Source: Shigella phage SHFML-26. From it: a stretch of 64,000 nt of DNA. A model generated the notes under the pieces. It saw only the letters and a list, made by a program, of their open reading frames with translations, searched no databases and was not told where the DNA came from. The stretch lies in sequence record KX130862. One strand, 5' to 3'. The translations under genes and the position numbers were made by a program. Positions 27,584-36,633 of the stretch are shown piece by piece (the stretch's first letter is position 1; each line of letters opens with the position of its first letter).

Positions 27584-27753
27584 ATATTAATTTCCAGGAG
27601 TTTTAAAATAATTCGCTTTTGCTTAAATATTTCCATAGTTAAATGACCAGTATCTTTTTGACCGATTCCAATGGCAAAACCTTTATTGACAGCGAGTTCA
27701 ATTAAATTATCAAGCTCACGTAACACTTCATATTGTAACTCAAAACTATTCAT
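27580..27753 (-). CDS. small ORF (about 57 aa)
   Basis: ATG-initiated minus ORF coupled to neighbours by ATGA overlaps at both ends; below the track cutoff. Confidence 0.3.
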   Translation of the reverse strand: MNSFELQYEVLRELDNLIELAVNKGFAIGIGQKDTGHLTMEIFKQKRIILKLLEINI

Positions 27754-27977
27754 TTTGGTTTACCTTCTTTAACGAAATCAGGATAAGGATAAAATCCTGA
27801 ATAAAATCCTTCACCTTTATGATTGATGCATCCTTTATTAGAACAATAGCACCAATAATCGAAATCACAAGCCATTTCATCATTACATAAAGCAAAAACA
27901 ATCGGCCATTCACACTTTTCGCAGTGGGCATTTTTAAGAATACTAGTTTGGCTCATAACCATGTAACCTTTAAACAA
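27750..27977 (-). CDS. Cys-rich small protein (putative zinc binding)
   Basis: 75 aa with 8 cysteines (HCEKCEW...CDFDYWCYC...GC). Confidence 0.45.
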   Translation of the reverse strand: MFKGYMVMSQTSILKNAHCEKCEWPIVFALCNDEMACDFDYWCYCSNKGCINHKGEGFYSGFYPYPDFVKEGKPK

Positions 27978-28165
27978 TATTCTTCTACATGTTGTTTACG
28001 ACCTTTCCTATCAATAAAGGTATATTCAACGAATGTTCCAATATAGTCTTTATCTACATCATGTGGACTATTAATTGGGCATTTAGTACGGCAAATGCGT
28101 TCCCATTGACGAATAATTTCCACTTTGTTTTTAGGATCAAACGGATGCGGGTAATGTACTTTCAT
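27953..28165 (-). CDS. hypothetical protein
   Basis: 70-aa ORF. Confidence 0.45.
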   Translation of the reverse strand: MKVHYPHPFDPKNKVEIIRQWERICRTKCPINSPHDVDKDYIGTFVEYTFIDRKGRKQHVEEYCLKVTWL

Positions 28166-28616
28166 AATCCACCACTATTAAATCAATATCAGGAGTAAAC
28201 ATGTCGATTAATTTAGAAACCTTATCCCAATCGCCGCCAGCAATACCGCAACCTATGCGTGGAATGTAAATTACTGGTTTAAACAAAAGGGTTTCTGCCT
28301 GTAGATTTAATTCTATCATGCAGTTTACTAAAGCACCATAATCAAGATTAGGACCCGGTTCGTATTGTGTATACAGGTTATAGCATATACCAAATCCCGT
28401 AGGACTATGTTTAAAAACAATAGACATATCGCCTAATTTATCACGAGAACCGTACTCGGTAGTGGTTTTATCTATTTCTAAAATTTTGGGATAGGCTCTT
28501 GCTAATTGACCTGCTACGCCAGAGCCCATTGTGTGGAAGCAATTGCACCCGTGCGCAATAATATTACCTTGAAGAAATAGGGCGACAATATCGCCCTTGA
28601 TATATTTTACAATCAT
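28137..28616 (-). CDS. macro-domain protein (TARG1/OARD1-like ADP-ribose processing fold)
   Basis: 159 aa; motifs GDIVAL...IAHGCNCFHTMGSGVAG and PRIGCGIAGGDW resemble ADP-ribose binding/hydrolysing macro domains. Confidence 0.65.
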   Translation of the reverse strand: MIVKYIKGDIVALFLQGNIIAHGCNCFHTMGSGVAGQLARAYPKILEIDKTTTEYGSRDKLGDMSIVFKHSPTGFGICYNLYTQYEPGPNLDYGALVNCMIELNLQAETLLFKPVIYIPRIGCGIAGGDWDKVSKLIDMFTPDIDLIVVDYESTLPASV

Positions 28617-28954
28617 CTAGTACTCAATCCTCGATTATAAGAATCTACTAAACGGTCAACCATTGAATGACAAGCGGCTTTATCTTTCTCCTCCGCAACT
28701 GAACATTCTAAGGTATTCCACTTTTTAGCATATCGTTTTAACAATGTATCATTTTTGTATCTGCTTGATTTATCTCTTTCTCCGTCTTTATATGCATATA
28801 TTAATTTCTGCGCAAATTCAGCTTGGCATGCTTTATTTTTCCCGCAATAATCCGCTGCAGTACGGTTTACATACTCTCTAATTTCAGTATATGATGTATC
28901 TGCTAACGCAGAAAATGAAATTAATCCTATACATAAAACCAAAATTTTAGTCAT
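28613..28954 (-). CDS. secreted or periplasmic hypothetical protein
   Basis: 113 aa; N-terminal signal peptide MTKILVLCIGLISFSALA; several cysteines. Confidence 0.55.
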   Translation of the reverse strand: MTKILVLCIGLISFSALADTSYTEIREYVNRTAADYCGKNKACQAEFAQKLIYAYKDGERDKSSRYKNDTLLKRYAKKWNTLECSVAEEKDKAACHSMVDRLVDSYNRGLSTR

Positions 28955-29309
28955 TTACTATTTCCAAAAGTTTATTATTTTTAAGGTAATTAGCCTTTTC
29001 TAGGACTTCAGAAGCATATTTAGAACCTGCTTTAACATTCCATCCCGAATTATAAGAGGATATTGCTTTTCTTATATCGCCCTTATGTATATTTAACCAA
29101 TAAGAAAGTTCAATGTACGCCCAGGAAGCTGAATTGGACCGTTTATTCAACATTCTTTTTATTTCAGCATCGGTCATATTATAACCAAGTTCCTTGACTC
29201 TCGCTCGCATAGTAGGCAAATAATTTTGGAACATTCCATAGGCATGATGCTTTGGTTTAGATTTTAAATTAACTCCGGCAGAGCTTTCTTGCCACAAAAT
29301 AGCAGCCAT
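28947..29309 (-). CDS. lytic transglycosylase-like (SLT) domain protein
   Basis: ILWQESSAG, YGMFQ and SYNSG motifs resemble SLT catalytic motifs; track ORF 28947..29321 starts at TTG, ATG at MAAILWQ overlaps the upstream stop (TAATG). Confidence 0.6.
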   Translation of the reverse strand: MAAILWQESSAGVNLKSKPKHHAYGMFQNYLPTMRARVKELGYNMTDAEIKRMLNKRSNSASWAYIELSYWLNIHKGDIRKAISSYNSGWNVKAGSKYASEVLEKANYLKNNKLLEIVND

Positions 29310-29491
29310 TATATGACCCAATCCGCTCTTATGGATGTTTTTGTGTGTTTTATATTTTCCATCCTTAGAAAATTGTTCCCGAATTGATACGCGTAACGCA
29401 TGTTATCGAGTTGGACATTACTGAAAGTATGCTCGGAGCTATGTGCCATCATTGAAATGGCCAATAGACCAGCGAGTAGTGCTTTTCTCAT
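29309..29491 (-). CDS. small protein with signal peptide
   Basis: 60 aa; MRKALLAGLLAISMMAHS signal-like N-terminus; translationally coupled to the SLT gene. Confidence 0.45.
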   Translation of the reverse strand: MRKALLAGLLAISMMAHSSEHTFSNVQLDNMRYAYQFGNNFLRMENIKHTKTSIRADWVI

Positions 29492-29498
29492 GCTTACC

Positions 29499-29960
29499 TC
29501 ATTGAGTTTTAATTACTGCTTTAGAAGCCTTTCCTGGTAAACGACGACTGTTGATAATTGCCATCCTGCATTGAAGTGACGGGTTTTTGAACTTCTCATT
29601 AGGCTTACAAACCGTAAATCCAAGCCAAAGATTTCCATCTGTGATTTCTAAACGTCCAGGACGATATTCAACCCCATCAATAAAATCCTCGTCAATGTCA
29701 GGACGCGGAGGCATACTCAGGAATTCATTAACTTCTAAAACATGGTCTTTTATTTTATGGAATAATTCAAAAACATATGTCTCATCAATCTCCCGTTGAA
29801 TTGCACGATCAAGAAGATGTTGAGAATATTTTAGATGAAACGATGAGACTCCTGCTGCTTTTGATGCCTCACGAATCTCATTGTTAATTTGACGAAACTC
29901 CGACTCAAAATGACGACGAAGCTTATTTCGACGGATAAAAACTTCTGTATTGATAGTCAT
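29499..29960 (-). CDS. regB: RegB sequence-specific endoribonuclease
   Basis: 153 aa; MTINTEVFIRRNKLRRHFESEFRQ; early promoter (GTTTAC -35, TATAAT -10) and GAGGAG SD upstream; matches T4 RegB. Confidence 0.95.
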   Translation of the reverse strand: MTINTEVFIRRNKLRRHFESEFRQINNEIREASKAAGVSSFHLKYSQHLLDRAIQREIDETYVFELFHKIKDHVLEVNEFLSMPPRPDIDEDFIDGVEYRPGRLEITDGNLWLGFTVCKPNEKFKNPSLQCRMAIINSRRLPGKASKAVIKTQ

Positions 29961-29988
29961 GTTGTTCTCCTCTTAACTGATAGAAAAA

Positions 29989-30017
29989 TTATACCACAGT
30001 CAAGAGGAAAAGTAAAC
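29989..30017 (-). promoter_or_regulatory. T4-type early promoter of regB
   Basis: Minus strand GTTTACttttcctcttgactgtggTATAAT followed by GAGGAGAA SD and the regB ATG. Confidence 0.65.
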
Positions 30018-30019
30018 AG

Positions 30020-30298
30020 TTATTCTTTAAATCTAATCAATTTATTCATAGACTTTGAAACTTCTGCACGAACCTCATGTAGATTTTTGAGCTGTTCAAG
30101 ACGCTGCGTATAGTAAGCAATTTCATCTTCTTCGAGACAGTCCTGTGAATCTTCTTTAAGATAACGTGCATAGTCCTGGAAAGCGTTACGGACTACTTCC
30201 TGGAAATCATCAAGACTTTGAATTTTCTTAGGAGCAACAGATACACGACGAGGGGCAGTATAATACTCATAACCAAACCCTGCGCTTAATTGAGCCAT
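30020..30298 (-). CDS. hypothetical helical protein
   Basis: Track ORF 30020..30340 trimmed to the ATG ([13 protein letters not shown]...) that abuts the upstream stop. Confidence 0.5.
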   Translation of the reverse strand: MAQLSAGFGYEYYTAPRRVSVAPKKIQSLDDFQEVVRNAFQDYARYLKEDSQDCLEEDEIAYYTQRLEQLKNLHEVRAEVSKSMNKLIRFKE

Positions 30299-30600
30299 TA
30301 GTATTTTTCCTCTGGTTGGAACACTGCACGACAAGCCCACATACTGGATTCTTTGAGTTTCGTTTTAGCAATAGTTAACTGATCGAGGCTTTCGGCGTAA
30401 TTCTTCGCGAGTTCATCATCTTCACAGCTATCAAATGCTTCCCAAAATTCATCGTATAAAGCATCAAAGATAAGTCCTAAACGAACTTCAGCGTCTTTAA
30501 TAGCATTTACTTTACCGATTTTTTCGTCGGTATGTGGCTTATAACCTTTAATATCTTCAATCATATTTGACTTCCTCACCAGTACATAAATCGTATTCAA
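30298..30600 (-). CDS. hypothetical helical protein (vs.4 position; possible Acb2-like cyclic-nucleotide sponge)
   Basis: 100-aa ORF (start may be the internal MIEDIKG); second gene after regB, the position of vs.4 in T4; assignment by synteny only. Confidence 0.45.
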   Translation of the reverse strand: MNTIYVLVRKSNMIEDIKGYKPHTDEKIGKVNAIKDAEVRLGLIFDALYDEFWEAFDSCEDDELAKNYAESLDQLTIAKTKLKESSMWACRAVFQPEEKY

Positions 30601-30778
30601 CTAAACGAATAGGTTCATGAATGCCATATCCCTGAACAGAAATTTCTGTAGTAGGATAAATTCCATTAATATCACCCATGTTCCATGCTTCGTTAAATTG
30701 CTGTTCGCCTGAATTACTAAACCATTCGGCGAAAGCATTTAGCACATCTTCAGAACCTTCAATAATTATCTTTGCCAT
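30557..30778 (-). CDS. hypothetical acidic protein
   Basis: 73-aa ORF. Confidence 0.45.
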   Translation of the reverse strand: MAKIIIEGSEDVLNAFAEWFSNSGEQQFNEAWNMGDINGIYPTTEISVQGYGIHEPIRLVEYDLCTGEEVKYD

Positions 30779-31140
30779 TACAAACTCTCGGTAAAGGTAC
30801 GAGCGATAACATCGCGCTGCTGTTCCGGAGTCAGAGAGTTAAAGCGAACTGCATAACCGGATACACGGATGGTCAGCTGCGGATATTTTTCCGGATGCTT
30901 AACTGCATCTTCCAGAGTTTCACGACGCAGAACGTTAACGTTCAGGTGTTGACCACCTTCAATTTTAACTGTAGGCTGTTGCTCAATTTCAATTTCACGG
31001 GCATGCAAACCGTAGAAAATTTCTGGGTCTACAAAAGAGTCCTCTTTAAAGGTTTTAGAGACAATAATTCGTGCTTGAATACCATCTTCAAAATAAATAG
31101 TACCTTTATGTGTGCCTTCAAGAATTTGATATGCTTTCAT
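30778..31140 (-). CDS. autonomous glycyl-radical cofactor (GrcA/YfiD-like)
   Basis: 120 aa; C-terminal half ([61 protein letters not shown]) is essentially identical to enterobacterial GrcA, including the RVSGYAV glycyl-radical site. Confidence 0.9.
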   Translation of the reverse strand: MKAYQILEGTHKGTIYFEDGIQARIIVSKTFKEDSFVDPEIFYGLHAREIEIEQQPTVKIEGGQHLNVNVLRRETLEDAVKHPEKYPQLTIRVSGYAVRFNSLTPEQQRDVIARTFTESL

Positions 31141-31147
31141 ATAAACC

Positions 31148-31477
31148 TCAATTAGAAAATAAATTTATCCAAGATTGTTCTTTAATTAAAAACGGCTCAG
31201 AATCATATGCCATTAAACTTTGCGTAATTAATCCTTTAAAAGGTCCATCAATAAATTCCATGGTAAAATATGGAATTTTATTCATTAGCCGTGCATTAGG
31301 AGCAGTGCACAAAACTCTGCATCCTTTGAATACGCCTTTTTGTAATTTGTATTGCTTAGGATAAAATTCGCTTAAAATGTTATTTTTTGCCAAAATTTCA
31401 AAATGATTCACCAATTTATTTTTAATAGTTTTTGGCGAAAAATAAAGATATTCGAAAAGCTGAGTGTCTGTCATCAT
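31148..31477 (-). CDS. hypothetical protein
   Basis: Track ORF 31148..31528 trimmed to the ATG at [10 protein letters not shown] to avoid a long overlap. Confidence 0.4.
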   Translation of the reverse strand: MMTDTQLFEYLYFSPKTIKNKLVNHFEILAKNNILSEFYPKQYKLQKGVFKGCRVLCTAPNARLMNKIPYFTMEFIDGPFKGLITQSLMAYDSEPFLIKEQSWINLFSN

Positions 31478-32061
31478 TGCATTCCGATTACGAAAAACTG
31501 CGGACGAGTAATACCACCAATGCAACATTTACTATTACAGCAGTGTTGCACAGTTTCAATATGAATATCGTAAATTTTATCCATATCAGGAGATTTAACA
31601 GGCTCATCGATTATATACAAAATTCGCGAAAGAGATAAACCTCTGAACTTGCTTCCTTTATTACCGATAAAACTACGGACAGAATCAGTAAATAAGCGGA
31701 ATCGAATATCATCACTAGAATAACGAGAAAATTCTTTTTTAATGTGGCCTGCAGAAATTTTAGCGTAAGCTGAAGTATTAGAAAGAACAATAACTGTTCC
31801 ACCGTCATACAGCCAATTAGCAGCAAAGTTAGTCACAGCAGTTGATTTACCAGATTGGCGTCCACCATCTAGTCGAAGTGTACAATATTGTTTAAGCAAG
31901 TCTTCAAATGGTGGGGTATAATCGTTTTTACAAATTTCTTCTACTCTAGCATCAGAATGGTGTGTAAAAGCATTCATCAGGGATAGATAAGGACCAGTTA
32001 AAAATGTTCTCATTTTATTCTCTCTAAATTTGGGCCATTCCATGGCACATGAATTGTCCAT
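31474..32061 (-). CDS. small P-loop NTPase
   Basis: Walker A GGRQSGKST and Walker B ILYIIDEP; start ambiguous (M1, M7 or M17). Confidence 0.55.
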   Translation of the reverse strand: MDNSCAMEWPKFRENKMRTFLTGPYLSLMNAFTHHSDARVEEICKNDYTPPFEDLLKQYCTLRLDGGRQSGKSTAVTNFAANWLYDGGTVIVLSNTSAYAKISAGHIKKEFSRYSSDDIRFRLFTDSVRSFIGNKGSKFRGLSLSRILYIIDEPVKSPDMDKIYDIHIETVQHCCNSKCCIGGITRPQFFVIGMQ

Positions 32062-32166
32062 TTCTGTATTTACCTATTACCGCACTTGGGCTCGACCTTA
32101 TTACAGGTTGGCGGGAATCCCTCATAGAATCATGAGGTCCAGCTTGTTCCCATATTTCTTATTTGC

Positions 32167-32640
32167 TTATTTGAATGATTTGACGTACTGAATAGAGCCT
32201 TTGCTATTCACGAAAGCGATTTTACCATTTTTATTATACATGGTAGCATTACGCTGATAACCATAAGTTTGTTTACCAGATTGATAACCAACTAATGCAA
32301 AATTATCTTCACCCATTTTATTCTGTTTAGCGCGAATGCGTTCATGACCATGTGCCATAAGAACCTTAGCATCACCAGTTGCAATGGATCGACGAGTTTT
32401 TTCATCTTCAACTGTATTAACAAAGTCGTCAAATGAATCAAATTTAGCATGAGATTTATTATACAATTTTCCATCTACTGCATAATTATATCCCTGTACA
32501 TCCATCTCAACTTCTGTACCATCATCCAATACAGCAGTAATTTTTTGACCTTTTTTAAATTTCAAAAGATCAGTAAAAGATTCAGCAATAATTTGAGAAT
32601 TAATAGCTGCTTCAGTGATAAATTCTTGATATGTTTTCAT
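32167..32640 (-). CDS. internal protein (head-packaged) with capsid targeting sequence
   Basis: 157 aa; N-terminus MKTYQEFITEA matches the T4 internal-protein targeting sequence that is cleaved by the prohead protease. Confidence 0.7.
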   Translation of the reverse strand: MKTYQEFITEAAINSQIIAESFTDLLKFKKGQKITAVLDDGTEVEMDVQGYNYAVDGKLYNKSHAKFDSFDDFVNTVEDEKTRRSIATGDAKVLMAHGHERIRAKQNKMGEDNFALVGYQSGKQTYGYQRNATMYNKNGKIAFVNSKGSIQYVKSFK

Positions 32641-32649
32641 GGGTTTCCT

Positions 32650-33066
32650 TTAAATGTAAATATTTTTACCGTAATACTTATACCAATGTGGTTTCATTAA
32701 AATTTTTTCATCAAGTCGTTGTTGACTCAATTTAATAGCTGATTTGCATGGATTATAATCATTTTTCCATTCTACTGGAATATCGCTGATGTCAGGAACT
32801 TCAGTATCTTTTATACTGAACCTGCGTTTTAAGCATTCCGTTATAATGTCTGATTGACGCTTTCGCAAAAATTCTAACTTATCGTAAAAGAACGTAACAT
32901 GACCAGAACCTAAAATAAACTTGGAAGATATTTTAAAATCTTTAACCCGTTTACCATTTGCCACATGTTTACGAACTATACCAAAAACACGTGGCAATTC
33001 ACGGTATTCTGCGATTAAATGTTGATCAGCAAGTTCAGATACTAAAGTCAAATTAATACGAGTCAT
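32650..33066 (-). CDS. denV: endonuclease V (pyrimidine dimer DNA glycosylase)
   Basis: 138 aa; [17 protein letters not shown]...; length equals T4 DenV; early promoter upstream. Confidence 0.95.
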   Translation of the reverse strand: MTRINLTLVSELADQHLIAEYRELPRVFGIVRKHVANGKRVKDFKISSKFILGSGHVTFFYDKLEFLRKRQSDIITECLKRRFSIKDTEVPDISDIPVEWKNDYNPCKSAIKLSQQRLDEKILMKPHWYKYYGKNIYI

Positions 33067-33091
33067 TTTATCCCTCCAAGTAACTGTGAAT

Positions 33092-33121
33092 ATACTATCA
33101 CAATTCTAGGAGAAAGTAAAC
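33092..33121 (-). promoter_or_regulatory. T4-type early promoter of denV
   Basis: GTTTAC, 18 nt, TAGTAT, then GGAGGGA SD before the denV ATG. Confidence 0.55.
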
Positions 33122-33125
33122 AACT

Positions 33126-33656
<531 letters not shown>

Positions 33657-34097
33657 TTAAAAGAGGCTGTTCATTATTCGGTAAAGTGAAGGACCCATCA
33701 CATATTGCCACTGAGTACGAGGAATAAGAGCAAAAGCATCCATCTCTGGAATCATAACGCCATCTTTATTTTCAAAATAAGACTCGCAGCGGCAATTTCT
33801 AAACATCTCATGCTCTACTGGAATCGTATAGTAAAATAGCTGTAAGTCTTTATTACTAGAATATTTAAATACACCTAGGTCTTCTAGAAGGTCTGGATTA
33901 TAATTGCTAAAGCCAGTCTCTTCTAAACATTCTCTTCGTGCTGCATCTAGCGCGCTTAAATCAGAATTTTCTACACGGCCCTTTGGAATATCCCAGCGAT
34001 GGGCCATCATTCCAGGCTTACGAGAACCGGTAACCCGACCCATAAATAAATCTTTATCTTCTGTCATAAAGATAATACCAGCTGATAATGTTTTCAT
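33657..34097 (-). CDS. nudE: Nudix hydrolase
   Basis: Nudix box GRVENSDLSALDAARRECLEETG; track ORF 33657..34112, ATG at MKTLSAGIIF preferred; sits beside e as in T4 (e.1). Confidence 0.85.
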   Translation of the reverse strand: MKTLSAGIIFMTEDKDLFMGRVTGSRKPGMMAHRWDIPKGRVENSDLSALDAARRECLEETGFSNYNPDLLEDLGVFKYSSNKDLQLFYYTIPVEHEMFRNCRCESYFENKDGVMIPEMDAFALIPRTQWQYVMGPSLYRIMNSLF

Positions 34098-34582
34098 TTT
34101 AATTTCCTGCATTCAGTGATAAAGTTATTTAAATTTTGAGTATATTTCTTTTCATCAAAAATCTTTTGTTGTCTGCGTAGCCGCCATGGCATTTCAATGA
34201 ACATACGCCATATTCCTGATAATACTGCTGCTGTAAAAATATTAACAAGTATAGTTAAAAGAACCCAATCTCCTATTCTGTCCATTGGATTTTTTATAAA
34301 AAAGTAAAATACGAACGATGATATAGGAAGACTAATGATATACCACAGAAGAACCTTCTTATCTGTGAACCAATCAGCATTCGTTAACTTAGCGCGACCG
34401 TTTTGAATACATACGAACTTATCATCTGTTACAGTAAATGGCTTAGCTGCTTGATATCCCATTCTAAACTCCCTAATCAACAAATTTTTCATATCTTCGG
34501 AACAACCATTCCAGTCAACTCTATCAACTGAAATGCCATCATCCCCATCATCTAAATCATACCAGCGAGTTTTTAAAATCAT
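34094..34582 (-). CDS. membrane protein
   Basis: 162 aa with two central transmembrane helices. Confidence 0.55.
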   Translation of the reverse strand: MILKTRWYDLDDGDDGISVDRVDWNGCSEDMKNLLIREFRMGYQAAKPFTVTDDKFVCIQNGRAKLTNADWFTDKKVLLWYIISLPISSFVFYFFIKNPMDRIGDWVLLTILVNIFTAAVLSGIWRMFIEMPWRLRRQQKIFDEKKYTQNLNNFITECRKLK

Positions 34583-34658
34583 TTAATTTTCCTACAATCA
34601 CTCACAAACTCTTCCATTGATTCTTTTTCAATATAAGACATGTAGCTATTATATTCCT

Positions 34659-34940
34659 TTAATTGTATTTTGTAATCTTTTTTCTTTGCCAATTTATTTT
34701 AAAATTATCATAATGAAAATATAATATGGTACCAAAGAATGAAAACAATGAAATAATTTTAGTATAGCGAAGTTCACTCCAAACTTCTATTATATTTACT
34801 GTGCCGTCAATGTTTAAAATAAGACAGTCAATTAACAATCCAAAAAGACTACCCGCAAGAGCTGCAGCCAACGCCACAGCAAAAATTAAAAATGACTCAG
34901 GAAGCGAATATTTGACTTTATTTAGTTTTGGCTTTTGCAT
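34659..34940 (-). CDS. small membrane protein
   Basis: 93 aa with two hydrophobic helices. Confidence 0.5.
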   Translation of the reverse strand: MQKPKLNKVKYSLPESFLIFAVALAAALAGSLFGLLIDCLILNIDGTVNIIEVWSELRYTKIISLFSFFGTILYFHYDNFKINWQRKKITKYN

Positions 34941-35335
34941 CGTGATTCCTTAACAAATTTCATAATTTCATCAAATTCATACGCAGCAAGTTTAAGCTGA
35001 TGTTCCTTTTTAATCTTTTTACACTGTGCTTTCCAATCACGTACGCGTTTACGATAATGCCTTCCTTGATACCAGTATCCTATCCAATTTACAGGTACTA
35101 ATAAAAGCGGAACTACCAATGGAAGAATTAGTGTTGACGCAAATATTACATTAGATTCAATATTAGTCATAACATCTATAATTATTCCAACCCCCAGTAG
35201 AATTACAAATGATACAGCTATTACAGGACCTATTAATACATCAGTAGAAATTAGCTGGCGCTTTAATTCATACTTTAAGGGTTTACTTGGAAGATACATT
35301 GATGGCTTTGACATATTCTCTACATTCCTTAACAA
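34922..35335 (-). CDS. membrane protein
   Basis: 137 aa with two transmembrane helices and a basic C-terminus. Confidence 0.5.
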   Translation of the reverse strand: MLRNVENMSKPSMYLPSKPLKYELKRQLISTDVLIGPVIAVSFVILLGVGIIIDVMTNIESNVIFASTLILPLVVPLLLVPVNWIGYWYQGRHYRKRVRDWKAQCKKIKKEHQLKLAAYEFDEIMKFVKESRCKSQN

Positions 35336-35897
35336 ATTTTTCTAGTAATAAATCACTTTCAAAATTAGGATTTTCCACTAATTTATCAAAAAGATCATCA
35401 ACAATATTCAAGATATTTCTTTTACTAAGAATACGTTTATTTTCATGCTTCGTTTCAGAATCAACTATAAGAGTAAAGAAATATTTCTTTCCCTGAAATT
35501 TTACTGTAGTATCAATATAGAATAAATTTGACTTTTGTAAGTTACGTTTAAACCATGCGTCACTTAAACTATAAACGCCAAGATAATCATAATCGTCGTT
35601 TAAATAACAAACCGTCCATTCAGGAGAAATGAAATCAGTAAATTCAACATCAAAATCACACGTCAATGAATGAATTGATTCAATACTGTTAATGAGTATT
35701 CCAGGACGTATTAAAGACTTTTTACCTCTAGAAAATCTTCCGGAAAGGCTTTCATCAGTTTCATATGAAGACCCCCAATAGTAATTACGTCCTTCTGCCA
35801 TGCGTTTAAGAGCATTTAGTAATTGGTCTGGAACATCAACCTGTCTTTGGAACTCTTCAAACATTGAATTGAAATCACTTTGCATTTTCATTTTCAT
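35283..35897 (-). CDS. hypothetical protein
   Basis: 204-aa ORF; start among several N-terminal Met codons. Confidence 0.5.
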   Translation of the reverse strand: MKMKMQSDFNSMFEEFQRQVDVPDQLLNALKRMAEGRNYYWGSSYETDESLSGRFSRGKKSLIRPGILINSIESIHSLTCDFDVEFTDFISPEWTVCYLNDDYDYLGVYSLSDAWFKRNLQKSNLFYIDTTVKFQGKKYFFTLIVDSETKHENKRILSKRNILNIVDDLFDKLVENPNFESDLLLEKFVKECREYVKAINVSSK

Positions 35898-35938
35898 TCC
35901 TATTTACTCCAAGTATAAGGGGCCGAAGCCCCTTATCA

Positions 35939-36532
35939 TTATTTCAGAGAATTAATATATTCCTGAACATCGGCAGAGGTAGTTTCAACCCCAGAAATAT
36001 TACCATTAAAGGTTTCAACTCGAGCAAGAGTATCTTCAATATCAACCTTAGTCAGTGCTGCAATTTCAACTACATCATCAGCAGTACTAATTCCAAGGGC
36101 ATTCGCTGCACGAGTTTCACGGATATATTCCAATTTAACCGCAAGTTCTTGGCGTGCATCATCCAATTCAACTACTTTCTTAGCGATTTCAATTCGCATT
36201 TCAGCATAACCGTCAGCCTTAGTAGTCAACTGCTCAGCTGTTCGACGATATAGTAAACCGAGTTTAGCATGCATTGTTACATCTTGGCCTTCGGAAAGAA
36301 GTTTACGAATTTCACGCTCTTTTGATTCGGCCTGTCGATTCTTTTCGACAATAAGTTCACGAATACGTTTTTCTTCATTAATAGATTTAACAGAAGCAGT
36401 TTTTAGATCTTTAATTTTATCAAGTAGTTTTGCTGCTGCAGCAGTATACTGTTCTTCAACAGATAAATTTTTAGCCATAGCAGAACCAAGTTTAGTGCGA
36501 ATAAACTCAACAATTTTCTTCAGTGTGTTCAT
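35939..36532 (-). CDS. coiled-coil protein (weak PspA-like character)
   Basis: 197 aa, almost entirely helical heptad repeats. Confidence 0.5.
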   Translation of the reverse strand: MNTLKKIVEFIRTKLGSAMAKNLSVEEQYTAAAAKLLDKIKDLKTASVKSINEEKRIRELIVEKNRQAESKEREIRKLLSEGQDVTMHAKLGLLYRRTAEQLTTKADGYAEMRIEIAKKVVELDDARQELAVKLEYIRETRAANALGISTADDVVEIAALTKVDIEDTLARVETFNGNISGVETTSADVQEYINSLK

Positions 36533-36633
36533 AGTATTTCCTTAGGTTAATTGAGATTTAAAATCCGTAGGAGTATAATACTCTATCGTCAAATTATAGG
36601 CTCATAATATCTCAATCATGAGCCTGTGTAAAC

